DNA of 64,000 bases from Tubulanus polymorphus (GCF_964204645.1 NC_134031.1:21422017-21486016); one strand, 5' to 3'; positions 1-14,100 are shown, numbered from the stretch's first letter. Made by a program: numbers and translations. The notes: generated by a model from the letters alone, not told the origin.

Positions 1-306
1 CTCCTGAAGATGATGGACTCGATCTGAAATGATAGGTTAAGGTAAACTGAACTGATTTCGAGTAGATGGACTGAAAGATACAGATTTTTCTTGCAAAATA
101 GGGTCCTAAAGATGATGAATTCTATCTTAATTGATGGGTTAGGGTGAACTGAACTGATTTCAAATAGATGGGTGGAAAGAATCAGAATTTTCTGGCTGCC
201 TTTGGTTCTGAAGATGATGGACTCAATCTGAAAAGATAGGCTAAGGCGTATTGAACTGATTTAAAATAGATAGGTGGAACGATTAAGAATTTTCTGGCTA
301 TTTATG
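1..306. repeat. Representative 306-bp trimer unit (A 1-102, B 103-204, C 205-306)
   Basis: Ungapped hand alignment of consensus monomers: A/B about 26, A/C about 24 and B/C about 16 differences per 102 bp. Confidence 0.97.
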
Positions 307-2109
307 CTCCTGAAGATGATGGACTCGATCTGAAATGATAGGTTAAGGTAGACTGAACTGATTTCGAGTAGATGGACTGAAAGATACAGATTTTTCTTGC
401 AAAATAGGGTCCTAAAGATGATGAGTTCTATCTTAATTGATGGGTTAGGGTGTACTGAACTGATTTCAAATAGATAGGTTGAAAGAATCAGAATTTTCTG
501 GCTGCTTTTGGTTCTGAAGATGATGGATTCAATCTGAAAAGATGGGTTAAGGCGTATTGAACTGATGTCAAATAGATAGGTGGAAAGATTAAGAATTTTC
601 TGGCTATTTATGCTCCTGAAGATGATGGACTCGATCTGAAATGATAGGATAAGGTAGACTGAACTGATTTCGAGTAGATGGACTGAAAGATACAGATTTT
701 TCTTGCAAAATAGGGTCCTAAAGATGATAAATTCTATCTTAATTGATGGGTTAGGGTGTACTAAACTGATTTCAAATAGATAGGTTGAAAGATTAAGAAC
801 TTTCTGGCTGCTTTTGGTTCTGAAGATGATTGATTCAATCTGAAAAGATGGGTTAAGGAGTATTGAACTGATTTCAAATGGATAGGTGGAAAGATTAAGA
901 ATTTTCTGGCTATTTATGCTCCTGAAGATGATGGACTCGATCTGAAATGATAGGTTAAGGTAAACTGAACTCATTTCGAGTAGATGGACTGAAAGATACA
1001 GATTTTTCTTGCAAAATAGGGTCCTAAAGATGATGAATTCTATCTTAATTGATGGGTTAGGGTGTACTGAACTGATTTCAAATAGATAGGTTGAAAGATT
1101 AAGAATTTTCTGGCTGCTTTTGGTTCTGAAGATGATGGATTCAATCTGAAAAGATGTGTTAAGGCGTATTGAACTGATTTCAAATAGATAGGTGAAAAGA
1201 TTAAGAATTTTCTGGCTATTTATGCTCCTGAAGATGATGGACTCGATCTGAAATGATAGGTTAAGGTAAACTGAACTGATTTCGAGCAGATGGACTGAAA
1301 GATACAGATTTTTCTTGCAAAATAGGGTCCTAAAGATGATGAGTTCTATCTAAATTGATGGGTTAGGGTGTACTGAACTGATTTCAAATAGATAGGTTGA
1401 ATGAATCAGAATTTTCTGGCTGCTTTTGGTTCTGAAGATGATGGATTCATTCTGAAAAGATGTGTTAAGGCGTATTGAACTGATTTCAAATAGATAGGTG
1501 GAAAGATTAAGAATTTCCTGGCTATTTATGCTCCTGAAGATGATGGACTCGATCTGAAATGATAGGTTAAGGTAGACTGAACTGATTTCGAGTAGATGGA
1601 CTGAAAGATACAGATTTTTCTTGCAAAATAGGGTCCTAAAGATGATGAGTTCTATCTTAATTGATGGGTTAGGGTGTACTGAACTGATTTCAAATAGATA
1701 GGTTGAATGAATCAGAATTTTCTGGCTGCTTTTGGTTCTGAAGATGATGGATTCAATCTGAAAAGATGGGTTAAGGCGTATTGAACTGATGTCAAATAGA
1801 TAGGTGGAAAGATTAAGAATTTTCTGGCTACTTATGCTCCTGAAGATGATGGACTCGATCTGAAATGATAGGTTAAGGTAGACTGAACTGATTTCGAGTA
1901 GATGGACTGAAAGATACAGATTTTTCTTGCAAAATAGGGTCCTAAAGATGATGAGTTCTATCTTAATTGATGGGTTAGGGTGTACTGAACTGATTTCAAA
2001 TAGATAGGTTGAAAGATTAAGAACTTTCTGGCTGCTTTTGGTTCTGAAGATGATGGATTCAATCTGAAAAGATGGGTGAAGGCGTATTGAACTGATTTCA
2101 AATGGATAG

Positions 2110-5100
2110 GTGGAAAGATTTAGAATTTTCTGGCTATTTATGCTCCTGAAGATGATGGACTCGATCTGAAATGATAGGTTAAGGTAAACTGAACTGATTT
2201 CGAGTAGATGGACTGAAAGATACAGATTTTTCTTGCAAAATAGGGTCCTAAAGATGATGAATTCTATCTTAATTGATGGGTTAGGGTGAACTGAACTGAT
2301 TTCAAATAGATAGGTGGAAAGAATCAGAATTTTCTGGCTCCCTTTGGTTCTGAAGATGATGGACTCAATCTGAAAAGATGGGCTAAGGCGTATTGAACTG
2401 ATTTCAAATAGATAGGTGGAAAGATTAAGAATTTTCTGGCTATTTATGCTCCTGAAGATGATGGACTCGATCTGAAATGATAGGTTAAGGTAAACTGAAC
2501 TGATTTCGAGTAGATGGACTGAAAGATACAGATTTTTCTTGCAAAATAGGGTCCTAAAGATGATGAATTCTATCTTAATTGATGGGTTAGGGTGAACTGA
2601 ACTGATTTCAAATAGATAGGTGGAAAGAATCAGAATTTTCTGGCTCCCTTTGGTTCTGAAGATGATGGACTCAATCTGAAAAGATGGGCTAAGGCGTATT
2701 GAACTGATTTCAAATAGATAGGTGGAAAGATTAAGAATTTTCTGGCTATTTATGCTCCTGAAGATGATGGACTCGATCTGAAATGATAGGTTAAGGTAGA
2801 CTGAACTGATTTCGAGTAGATGGACTGAAAGATACAGATTTTTCTTGCAAAATAGGGTCCTAAAGATGATGAATTCTATCTTAATTGATGGGTTAGGGTG
2901 TACTGAACTGATTTCAAATAGATAGGTGGAAAGAATCAGAATTTTCTGGCTGCCTTTGGTTCTGAAGATGATGGACTCAATCTGAAAAGATGGGCTAAGG
3001 CGTATTGAACTGATTTCAAATAGATAGGTGGAAAGATTAAGAATTTTCTGGCTATTTATGCTCCTGAAGATGATGGACTCGATCTGAAATGATAGGTTAA
3101 GGTAGACTGAACTGATTTCGAGTAGATGGACCGAAAGATACAGATTTTTCTTGCAAAAAAGGGTCCTAAAGATGATGAGTTCTATCTTAATTGATGGGTT
3201 AGGGTGTACTGAACTGATTTCAAATAGATAGGTGGAAAGATTAAGAATTTTCGGGCTATTTATGCTCCTGAAGATGATGGACTCGATCTGAAATGATAGG
3301 TTAAGGTAAACTGAACTGATTTCGAGTAGATGGACTGAAAGATACAGATTTTTCTTGCAAAATAGGGTCCTAAAGATGATGAATTCTATCTTAATTGATG
3401 GGTTAGGGTGTACTGAACTGATTTCAAATAGATAGGTTGAAAGAATCAGAATTTTCTTGCTGCTTTTGGTTCTGAAGATGATGGATTCAATCTGAAAAGA
3501 TGTGTTAAGGCGTATTGAAACTGATTTCAAATAGATAGGTGGAAAGATTAAGAATTTTCTGGCTATTTATGCTCCTGAAGATGATGGACTCCATCTGAAA
3601 TGATAGGTTAAGGTAAACTGAACTGATTTCGAGCAGATGGACTGAAAGATACAGATTTTTCTTGCAAAATAGGGTCCTAAAGATGATGAGTTCTATCTTA
3701 ATTGATGGGTTAGGGTGTACTGAACTGATTTCAAATAGATAGGTGGAAAGAATCAGAATTTTCTGGCTGCTTTTGGTTCTGAAGATGATGGATTCAATCT
3801 GAAAAGATGTGTTAAGGCGTATTGAACTGATTTCAAATAGATAGGTGGAAAGATTAAGAATTTTCTGGCTATTTATGCTCCTGAAGATGATGGACTCGAT
3901 CTGAAATGATAGGTTAAGGTAAACTGAACTGATTTCGAGTAGATGGACTGAAAGATACAGATTTTTCTTGCAAAATAGGGTCCTAAAGATGATGAATTCT
4001 ATCTTAATTGATGGGTTAGGGTGAACTGAACTGATTTCAAATAGATGGGTGGAAAGAATCAGAATTTTCTGGCTGCCTTTGGTTCTGAAGATGATGGACT
4101 CAATCTGAAAAGATAGGCTAAGGCGTATTGAACTGATTTAAAATAGATAGGTGGAACGATTAAGAATTTTCTGGCTATTTATGCTCCTGAAGATGATGGA
4201 CTCGATCTGAAATGATAGGTTAAGGTAGACTGAACTGATTTCGAGTAGATGGACTGAAAGATACAGATTTTTCTTGCAAAATAGGGTCCTAAAGATGATG
4301 AGTTCTATCTTAATTGATGGGTTAGGGTGTACTGAACTGATTTCAAATAGATAGGTTGAAAGAATCAGAATTTTCTGGCTGCTTTTGGTTCTGAAGATGA
4401 TGGATTCAATCTGAAAAGATGGGTTAAGGCGTATTGAACTGATGTCAAATAGATAGGTGGAAAGATTAAGAATTTTCTGGCTATTTATGCTCCTGAAGAT
4501 GATGGACTCGATCTGAAATGATAGGTTAAGGTAGACTGAACTGATTTCGAGTAGATGGACCGAAAGATACAGATTTTTCTTGCAAAAAAGGGTCCTAAAG
4601 ATGATGAGTTCTATCTTAATTGATGGGTTAGGGTGTACTGAACTGATTTCAAATAGATAGGTGGAAAGATTAAGAATTTTCGGGCTATTTATGCTCCTGA
4701 AGATGATGGACTCGATCTGAAATGATAGGTTAAGGTAAACTGAACTGATTTCGAATAGATGGACTGAAAGATACAGATTTTTCTTGCAAAATAGGGTCCT
4801 AAAGATGATGAATTCTATCTTAATTGATGGGTTAGGGTGTACTGAACTGATTTCAAATAGATAGGTTGAAAGAATCAGAATTTTCTGGCTGCTTTTGGTT
4901 CTGAAGATGATGGATTCAATCTGAAAAGATGGGTTAAGGCGTATTGAACTGATTTCAAATGGATAGGTGGAAAGATTAAGAATTTTCTGGCTATTTATGC
5001 TCCTGAAGATGATGGACTCGATCTGAAATGATAGGTTAAGGTAAACTGAACTGATTTCGAGTAGATGGACTGAAAGATACAGATTTTTCTTGCAAAATAG

Positions 5101-8100
5101 GGTCCTAAAGATGATGAATTCTATCTTAATTGATGGGTTAGGGTGAACTGAACTGATTTCAAATAGATAGGTGGAAAGAATCAGAATTTTCTGGCTGCCT
5201 TTGGTTCTGAAGATGATGGACTCAATCTGAAAAGATAGGCTAAGGCGTATTGAACTGATTTCAAATACATAGGTGGAAAGATTAAGAATTTTCTGGCTAT
5301 TTATGCTCCTGAAGATGATGGACTCGATCTGAAATGATAGGTTAAGGTAAACTGAACTGATTTCGAGTAGATGGACTGAAAGATACAGATTTTTCTTGCA
5401 AAATAGGGTCCTAAAGATGATGAATTCTATCTTAATTGATGGGTTAGGGTGTACTGAACTGATTTCAAATAGATAGGTTGAAAGAATCAGAATTTTCTTG
5501 CTGCTTTTGGTTCTGAAGATGATGGATTCAATCTGAAAAGATGTGTTAAGGCGTATTGAAACTGATTTCAAATAGATAGGTGGAAAGATTAAGAATTTTC
5601 TGGCTATTTATGCTCCTGAAGATGATGGACTCGATCTGAAATGATAGGTTAAGGTAAACTGAACTGATTTCGAGCAGATGGACTGAAAGATACAGATTTT
5701 TCTTGCAAAATAGGGTCCTAAAGATGATGAGTTCTATCTTAATTGATGCGTTAGGGTGTACTGAACTGATTTCAAATAGATAGGTTGAAAGAATCAGAAT
5801 TTTCTGGCTGCTTTTGGTTCTGAAGATGATGGATTCAATCTGAAAAGATGGGTTAAGGCGTATTGAACTGATGTCAAATAGATAGGTGGAAAGATTAAGA
5901 ATTTTCTGGCTATTTATGCTCCTGAAGATGATGGACTCGTTCTGAAATGATAGGTTAAGGTAGACTGAACTGATTTCGAGTAGATGGACTGAAAGATACA
6001 GATTTTTCTTGCAAAATAGGGTCCTAAAGATGATGAATTCTATCTTAATTGATGGGTTAGGGTGTACTGAACTGATTTCAAATAGATAGGTTGAAAGAAT
6101 CAGAATTTTCTGGCTGCTTTTGGTTCTGAAGATGATGGATTCAATCTGAAAAGATGTGTTAAGGCGTATTGAACTGATTTCAAATAGATAGGTGGAAAGA
6201 TTAAGAATTTTCTGGCTATTTATGCTCCTGAAGATGATGGACTCGATCTGAAATGATAGGTTAAGGTAAACTGAACTGATTTCGAGCAGATGGACTGAAA
6301 GATACAGATTTTTCTTGCAAAATAGGGTCCTAAAGATGATGAGTTCTATCTTAATTGATGGGTTAGGGTGTACTGAACTGATTTCAAATAGATAGGTTGA
6401 AAGAATCAGAATTTTCTGGCTGCTTTTGGTTCTGAAGATGATGGATTCAATCTGAAAAGATGTGTTAAGGCGTATTGAACTGATTTCAAATAGATAGGTG
6501 GAAAGATTAAGAATTTTCTGGCTATTTATGCTCCTGAAGATGATGGACTCGATCTGAAATGATAGGTTAAGGTAAACTGAACTGATTTCGAGTAGATGGA
6601 CTGAAAGATACAGATTTTTCTTGCAAAATAGGGTCCTAAAGATGATGAATTCTATCTTAATTGATGGGTTAGGGTGAACTGAACTGATTTCAAATAGATA
6701 GGTGGAAAGAATCAGAATTTTCTGGCTGCTTTTGGTTCTGAAGATGATGGATTCAATCTGAAAAGATAGGCTAAGGCGTATTGAACTGATTTCAAATACA
6801 TAGGTGGAAAGATTAAGAATTTTCTGGCTATTTATGCTCCTGAAGATGATGGACTCGATCTGAAATGATAGGTTAAGGTAAACTGAACTGATTTCGAGTA
6901 GATGGACTGAAAGATACAGATTTTTCTTGCAAAATAGGGTCCTAAAGATGATGAATTCTATCTTAATTGATGGGTTAGGGTGTACTGAACTGATTTCAAA
7001 TAGATAGGTTGAAAGAATCAGAATTTTCTTGCTGCTTTTGGTTCTGAAGATGATGGATTCAATCTGAAAAGATGTGTTAAGGCGTATTGAAACTGATTTC
7101 AAATAGATAGGTGGAAAGATTAAGAATTTTCTGGCTATTTATGCTCCTGAAGATGATGGACTCCATCTGAAATGATAGGTTAAGGTAAACTGAACTTATT
7201 TCGAGCAGATGGACTGAAAGATACAGATTTTTCTTGCAAAATAGGGTCCTAAAGATGATGAGTTCTATCTTAATTGATGGGTTAGGGTGTACTGAACTGA
7301 TTTCAAATAGATAGGTGGAAAGAATCAGAATTTTCTGGCTGCTTTTGGTTCTGAAGATGATGGATTCAATCTGAAAAGATGTGTTAAGGCGTATTGAACT
7401 GATTTCAAATAGATAGGTGGAAAGATTAAGAATTTTCTGGCTATTTATGCTCCTGAAGATGATGGACTCGATCTGAAATGATAGGTTAAGGTAAACTGAA
7501 CTGATTTCGAGTAGATGGACTGAAAGATACAGATTTTTCTTGCAAAATAGGGTCCTAAAGATGATGAATTCTATCTTAATTGATGGGTTAGGGTGAACTG
7601 AACTGATTTCAAATAGATGGGTGGAAAGAATCAGAATTTTCTGGCTGCCTTTGGTTCTGAAGATGATGGACTCAATCTGAAAAGATAGGCTAAGGCGTAT
7701 TGAACTGATTTAAAATAGATAGGTGGAACGATTAAGAATTTTCTGGCTATTTATGCTCCTGAAGATGATGGACTCGATCTGAAATGATAGGTTAAGGTAG
7801 ACTGAACTGATTTCGAGTAGATGGACTGAAAGATACAGATTTTTCTTGCAAAATAGGGTCCTAAAGATGATGAGTTCTATCTTAATTGATGGGTTAGGGT
7901 GTACTGAACTGATTTCAAATAGATAGGTTGAAAGAATCAGAATTTTCTGGCTGCTTTTGGTTCTGAAGATGATGGATTCAATCTGAAAAGATGGGTTAAG
8001 GCGTATTGAACTGATGTCAAATAGATAGGTGGAAAGATTAAGAATTTTCTGGCTATTTATGCTCCTGAAGATGATGGACTCGATCTGAAATGATAGGTTA

Positions 8101-11100
8101 AGGTAGACTGAACTGATTTCGAGTAGATGGACCGAAAGATACAGATTTTTCTTGCAAAAAAGGGTCCTAAAGATGATGAGTTCTATCTTAATTGATGGGT
8201 TAGGGTGTACTGAACTGATTTCAAATAGATAGGTGGAAAGATTAAGAATTTTCGGGCTATTTATGCTCCTGAAGATGATGGACTCGATCTGAAATGATAG
8301 GTTAAGGTAAACTGAACTGATTTCGAATAGATGGACTGAAAGATACAGATTTTTCTTGCAAAATAGGGTCCTAAAGATGATGAATTCTATCTTAATTGAT
8401 GGGTTAGGGTGTACTGAACTGATTTCAAATAGATAGGTTGAAAGAATCAGAATTTTCTGGCTGCTTTTGGTTCTGAAGATGATGGATTCAATCTGAAAAG
8501 ATGGGTTAAGGCGTATTGAACTGATTTCAAATAGATAGGTGGAAAGATTAAGAATTTTCTGGCTATTTATGCTCCTGAAGATGATGGACTCGATCTGAAA
8601 TGATAGGTTAAGGTAAACTGAACTGATTTCGAGTAGATGGACTGAAAGATACAGATTTTTCTTGCAAAATAGGGTCCTAAAGATGATGAATTCTATCTTA
8701 ATTGATGGGTTAGGGTGAACTGAACTGATTTCAAATAGATAGGTGGAAAGAATCAGAATTTTCTGGCTGCCTTTGGTTCTGAAGATGATGGACTCAATCT
8801 GAAAAGATAGGCTAAGGCGTATTGAACTGATTTCAAATACATAGGTGGAAAGATTAAGAATTTTCTGGCTATTTATGCTCCTGAAGATGATGGACTCGAT
8901 CTGAAATGATAGGTTAAGGTAAACTGAACTGATTTCGAGTAGATGGACTGAAAGATACAGATTTTTCTTGCAAAATAGGGTCCTAAAGATGATGAATTCT
9001 ATCTTAATTGATGGGTTAGGGTGTACTGAACTGATTTCAAATAGATAGGTTGAAAGAATCAGAATTTTCTTGCTGCTTTTGGTTCTGAAGATGATGGATT
9101 CAATCTGAAAAGATGTGTTAAGGCGTATTGAAACTGATTTCAAATAGATAGGTGGAAAGATTAAGAATTTTCTGGCTATTTATGCTCCTGAAGATGATGG
9201 ACTCGATCTGAAATGATAGGTTAAGGTAAACTGAACTGATTTCGAGTAGATGGACTGAAAGATACAGATTTTTCTTGCAAAATAGGGTCCTAAAGATGAT
9301 GAATTCTATCTTAATTGATGGGTTAGGGTGAACTGAACTGATTTCAAATAGATAGGTGGAAAGAATCAGAATTTTCTGGCTCCCTTTGGTTCTGAAGATG
9401 ATGGACTCAATCTGAAAAGATGGGCTAAGGCGTATTGAACTGATTTCAAATAGATAGGTGGAAAGATTAAGAATTTTCTGGCTATTTATGCTCCTGAAGA
9501 TGATGGACTCGATCTGAAATGATAGGTTAAGGTAAACTGAACTGATTTCGAGTAGATGGACTGAAAGATACAGATTTTTCTTGCAAAATAGGGTCCTAAA
9601 GATGATGAATTCTATCTTAATTGATGGGTTAGGGTGAACTGAACTGATTTCAAATAGATAGGTGGAAAGAATCAGAATTTTCTGGCTCCCTTTGGTTCTG
9701 AAGATGATGGACTCAATCTGAAAAGATGGGCTAAGGCGTATTGAACTGATTTCAAATAGATAGGTGGAAAGATTAAGAATTTTCTGGCTATTTATGCTCC
9801 TGAAGATGATGGACTCGATCTGAAATGATAGGTTAAGGTAGACTGAACTGATTTCGAGTAGATGGACTGAAAGATACAGATTTTTCTTGCAAAATAGGGT
9901 CCTAAAGATGATGAATTCTATCTTAATTGATGGGTTAGGGTGTACTGAACTGATTTCAAATAGATAGGTGGAAAGAATCAGAATTTTCTGGCTGCCTTTG
10001 GTTCTGAAGATGATGGACTCAATCTGAAAAGATGGGCTAAGGCGTATTGAACTGATTTCAAATAGATAGGTGGAAAGATTAAGAATTTTCTGGCTATTTA
10101 TGCTCCTGAAGATGATGGACTCGATCTGAAATGATAGGTTAAGGTAGACTGAACTGATTTCGAGTAGATGGACCGAAAGATACAGATTTTTCTTGCAAAA
10201 AAGGGTCCTAAAGATGATGAGTTCTATCTTAATTGATGGGTTAGGGTGTACTGAACTGATTTCAAATAGATAGGTGGAAAGATTAAGAATTTTCGGGCTA
10301 TTTATGCTCCTGAAGATGATGGACTCGATCTGAAATGATAGGTTAAGGTAAACTGAACTGATTTCGAGTAGATGGACTGAAAGATACAGATTTTTCTTGC
10401 AAAATAGGGTCCTAAAGATGATGAATTCTATCTTAATTGATGGGTTAGGGTGTACTGAACTGATTTCAAATAGATAGGTTGAAAGAATCAGAATTTTCTT
10501 GCTGCTTTTGGTTCTGAAGATGATGGATTCAATCTGAAAAGATGTGTTAAGGCGTATTGAAACTGATTTCAAATAGATAGGTGGAAAGATTAAGAATTTT
10601 CTGGCTATTTATGCTCCTGAAGATGATGGACTCCATCTGAAATGATAGGTTAAGGTAAACTGAACTGATTTCGAGCAGATGGACTGAAAGATACAGATTT
10701 TTCTTGCAAAATAGGGTCCTAAAGATGATGAGTTCTATCTTAATTGATGGGTTAGGGTGTACTGAACTGATTTCAAATAGATAGGTGGAAAGAATCAGAA
10801 TTTTCTGGCTGCTTTTGGTTCTGAAGATGATGGATTCAATCTGAAAAGATGTGTTAAGGCGTATTGAACTGATTTCAAATAGATAGGTGGAAAGATTAAG
10901 AATTTTCTGGCTATTTATGCTCCTGAAGATGATGGACTCGATCTGAAATGATAGGTTAAGGTAAACTGAACTGATTTCGAGTAGATGGACTGAAAGATAC
11001 AGATTTTTCTTGCAAAATAGGGTCCTAAAGATGATGAATTCTATCTTAATTGATGGGTTAGGGTGAACTGAACTGATTTCAAATAGATGGGTGGAAAGAA

Positions 11101-14100
11101 TCAGAATTTTCTGGCTGCCTTTGGTTCTGAAGATGATGGACTCAATCTGAAAAGATAGGCTAAGGCGTATTGAACTGATTTAAAATAGATAGGTGGAACG
11201 ATTAAGAATTTTCTGGCTATTTATGCTCCTGAAGATGATGGACTCGATCTGAAATGATAGGTTAAGGTAGACTGAACTGATTTCGAGTAGATGGACTGAA
11301 AGATACAGATTTTTCTTGCAAAATAGGGTCCTAAAGATGATGAGTTCTATCTTAATTGATGGGTTAGGGTGTACTGAACTGATTTCAAATAGATAGGTTG
11401 AAATAATCAGAATTTTCTGGCTGCTTTTGGTTCTGAAGATGATGGATTCAATCTGAAAAGATGGGTTAAGGCGTATTGAACTGATGTCAAATAGATAGGT
11501 GGAAAGATTAAGAATTTTCTGGCTATTTATGCTCCTGAAGATGATGGACTCGATCTGAAATGATAGGTTAAGGTAGACTGAACTGATTTCGAGTAGATGG
11601 ACCGAAAGATACAGATTTTTCTTGCAAAAAAGGGTCCTAAAGATGATGAGTTCTATCTTAATTGATGGGTTAGGGTGTACTGAACTGATTTCAAATAGAT
11701 AGGTGGAAAGATTAAGAATTTTCGGGCTATTTATGCTCCTGAAGATGATGGACTCGATCTGAAATGATAGGTTAAGGTAAACTGAACTGATTTCGAATAG
11801 ATGGACTGAAAGATACAGATTTTTCTTGCAAAATAGGGTCCTAAAGATGATGAATTCTATCTTAATTGATGGGTTAGGGTGTACTGAACTGATTTCAAAT
11901 AGATAGGTTGAAAGAATCAGAATTTTCTGGCTGCTTTTGGTTCTGAAGATGATGGATTCAATCTGAAAAGATGGGTTAAGGCGTATTGAACTGATTTCAA
12001 ATGGATAGGTGGAAAGATTAAGAATTTTCTGGCTATTTATGCTCCTGAAGATGATGGACTCGATCTGAAATGATAGGTTAAGGTAAACTGAACTGATTTC
12101 GAGTAGATGGACTGAAAGATACAGATTTTTCTTGCAAAATAGGGTCCTAAAGATGATGAATTCTATCTTAATTGATGGGTTAGGGTGTACTGAACTGATT
12201 TCAAATAGATAGGTTGAAAGAATCAGAATTTTCTTGCTGCTTTTGGTTCTGAAGATGATGGATTCAATCTGAAAAGATGTGTTAAGGCGTATTGAAACTG
12301 ATTTCAAATAGATAGGTGGAAAGATTAAGAATTTTCTGGCTATTTATGCTCCTGAAGATGATGGACTCGATCTGAAATGATAGGTTAAGGTAAACTGAAC
12401 TGATTTCGAGCAGATGGACTGAAAGATACAGATTTTTCTTGCAAAATAGGGTCCTAAAGATGATGAGTTCTATCTTAATTGATCCGTTAGGGTGTACTGA
12501 ACTGATTTCAAATAGATAGGTTGAAAGAATCAGAATTTTCTGGCTGCTTTTGGTTCTGAAGATGATGGATTCAATCTGAAAAGATGGGTTAAGGCGTATT
12601 GAACTGATGTCAAATAGATAGGTGGAAAGATTAAGAATTTTCTGGCTATTTATGCTCCTGAAGATGATGGACTCGATCTGAAATGATAGGTTAAGGTAGA
12701 CTGAACTGATTTCGAGTAGATGGACTGAAAGATACAGATTTTTCTTGCAAAATAGGGTCCTAAAGATGATGAATTCTATCTTAATTGATGGGTTAGGGTG
12801 TACTGAACTGATTTCAAATAGATAGGTTGAAAGAATCAGAATTTTCTGGCTGCTTTTGGTTCTGAAGATGATGGATTCAATCTGAAAAGATGTGTTAAGG
12901 CGTATTGAACTGATTTCAAATAGATAGGTGGAAAGATTAAGAATTTTCTGGCTATTTATGCTCCTGAAGATGATGGACTCGATCTGAAATGATAGGTTAA
13001 GGTAAACTGAACTGATTTCGAGCAGATGGACTGAAAGATACAGATTTTTCTTGCAAAATAGGGTCCTAAAGATGATGAGTTCTATCTTAATTGATGGGTT
13101 AGGGTGTACTGAACTGATTTCAAATAGATAGGTTGAAAGAATCAGAATTTTCTGGCTGCTTTTGGTTCTGAAGATGATGGATTCAATCTGAAAAGATGTG
13201 TTAAGGCGTATTGAACTGATTTCAAATAGATAGGTGGAAAGATTAAGAATTTTCTGGCTATTTATGCTCCTGAAGATGATGGACTCGATCTGAAATGATA
13301 GGTTAAGGTAAACTGAACTGATTTCGAGTAGATGGACTGAAAGATACAGATTTTTCTTGCAAAATAGGGTCCTAAAGATGATGAATTCTATCTTAATTGA
13401 TGGGTTAGGGTGAACTGAACTGATTTCAAATAGATAGGTGGAAAGAATCAGAATTTTCTGGCTGCTTTTGGTTCTGAAGATGATGGATTCAATCTGAAAA
13501 GATAGGCTAAGGCGTATTGAACTGATTTCAAATACATAGGTGGAAAGATTAAGAATTTTCTGGCTATTTATGCTCCTGAAGATGATGGACTCGATCTGAA
13601 ATGATAGGTTAAGGTAAACTGAACTGATTTCGAGTAGATGGACTGAAAGATACAGATTTTTCTTGCAAAATAGGGTCCTAAAGATGATGAATTCTATCTT
13701 AATTGATGGGTTAGGGTGTACTGAACTGATTTCAAATAGATAGGTTGAAAGAATCAGAATTTTCTTGCTGCTTTTGGTTCTGAAGATGATGGATTCAATC
13801 TGAAAAGATGTGTTAAGGCGTATTGAAACTGATTTCAAATAGATAGGTGGAAAGATTAAGAATTTTCTGGCTATTTATGCTCCTGAAGATGATGGACTCC
13901 ATCTGAAATGATAGGTTAAGGTAAACTGAACTTATTTCGAGCAGATGGACTGAAAGATACAGATTTTTCTTGCAAAATAGGGTCCTAAAGATGATGAGTT
14001 CTATCTTAATTGATGGGTTAGGGTGTACTGAACTGATTTCAAATAGATAGGTGGAAAGAATCAGAATTTTCTGGCTGCTTTTGGTTCTGAAGATGATGGA

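Noticed and set aside
136-144. G-quadruplex or true telomeric tract
   Set aside because: Only two adjacent G3 runs occur here and there is no tandem (TTAGGG)n.
85-194. Short dyads (TTGCAA, GAATTC, CAGAA-TT-TTCTG) as terminators or cruciforms
   Set aside because: Arms are 5 bp or shorter and AT-rich, as expected by chance.
1-306. 5S rRNA, tRNA or other small-RNA gene array
   Set aside because: No recognisable 5S or tRNA motifs, cloverleaf or gene-plus-spacer layout. An Rfam/Infernal scan would be the formal test.
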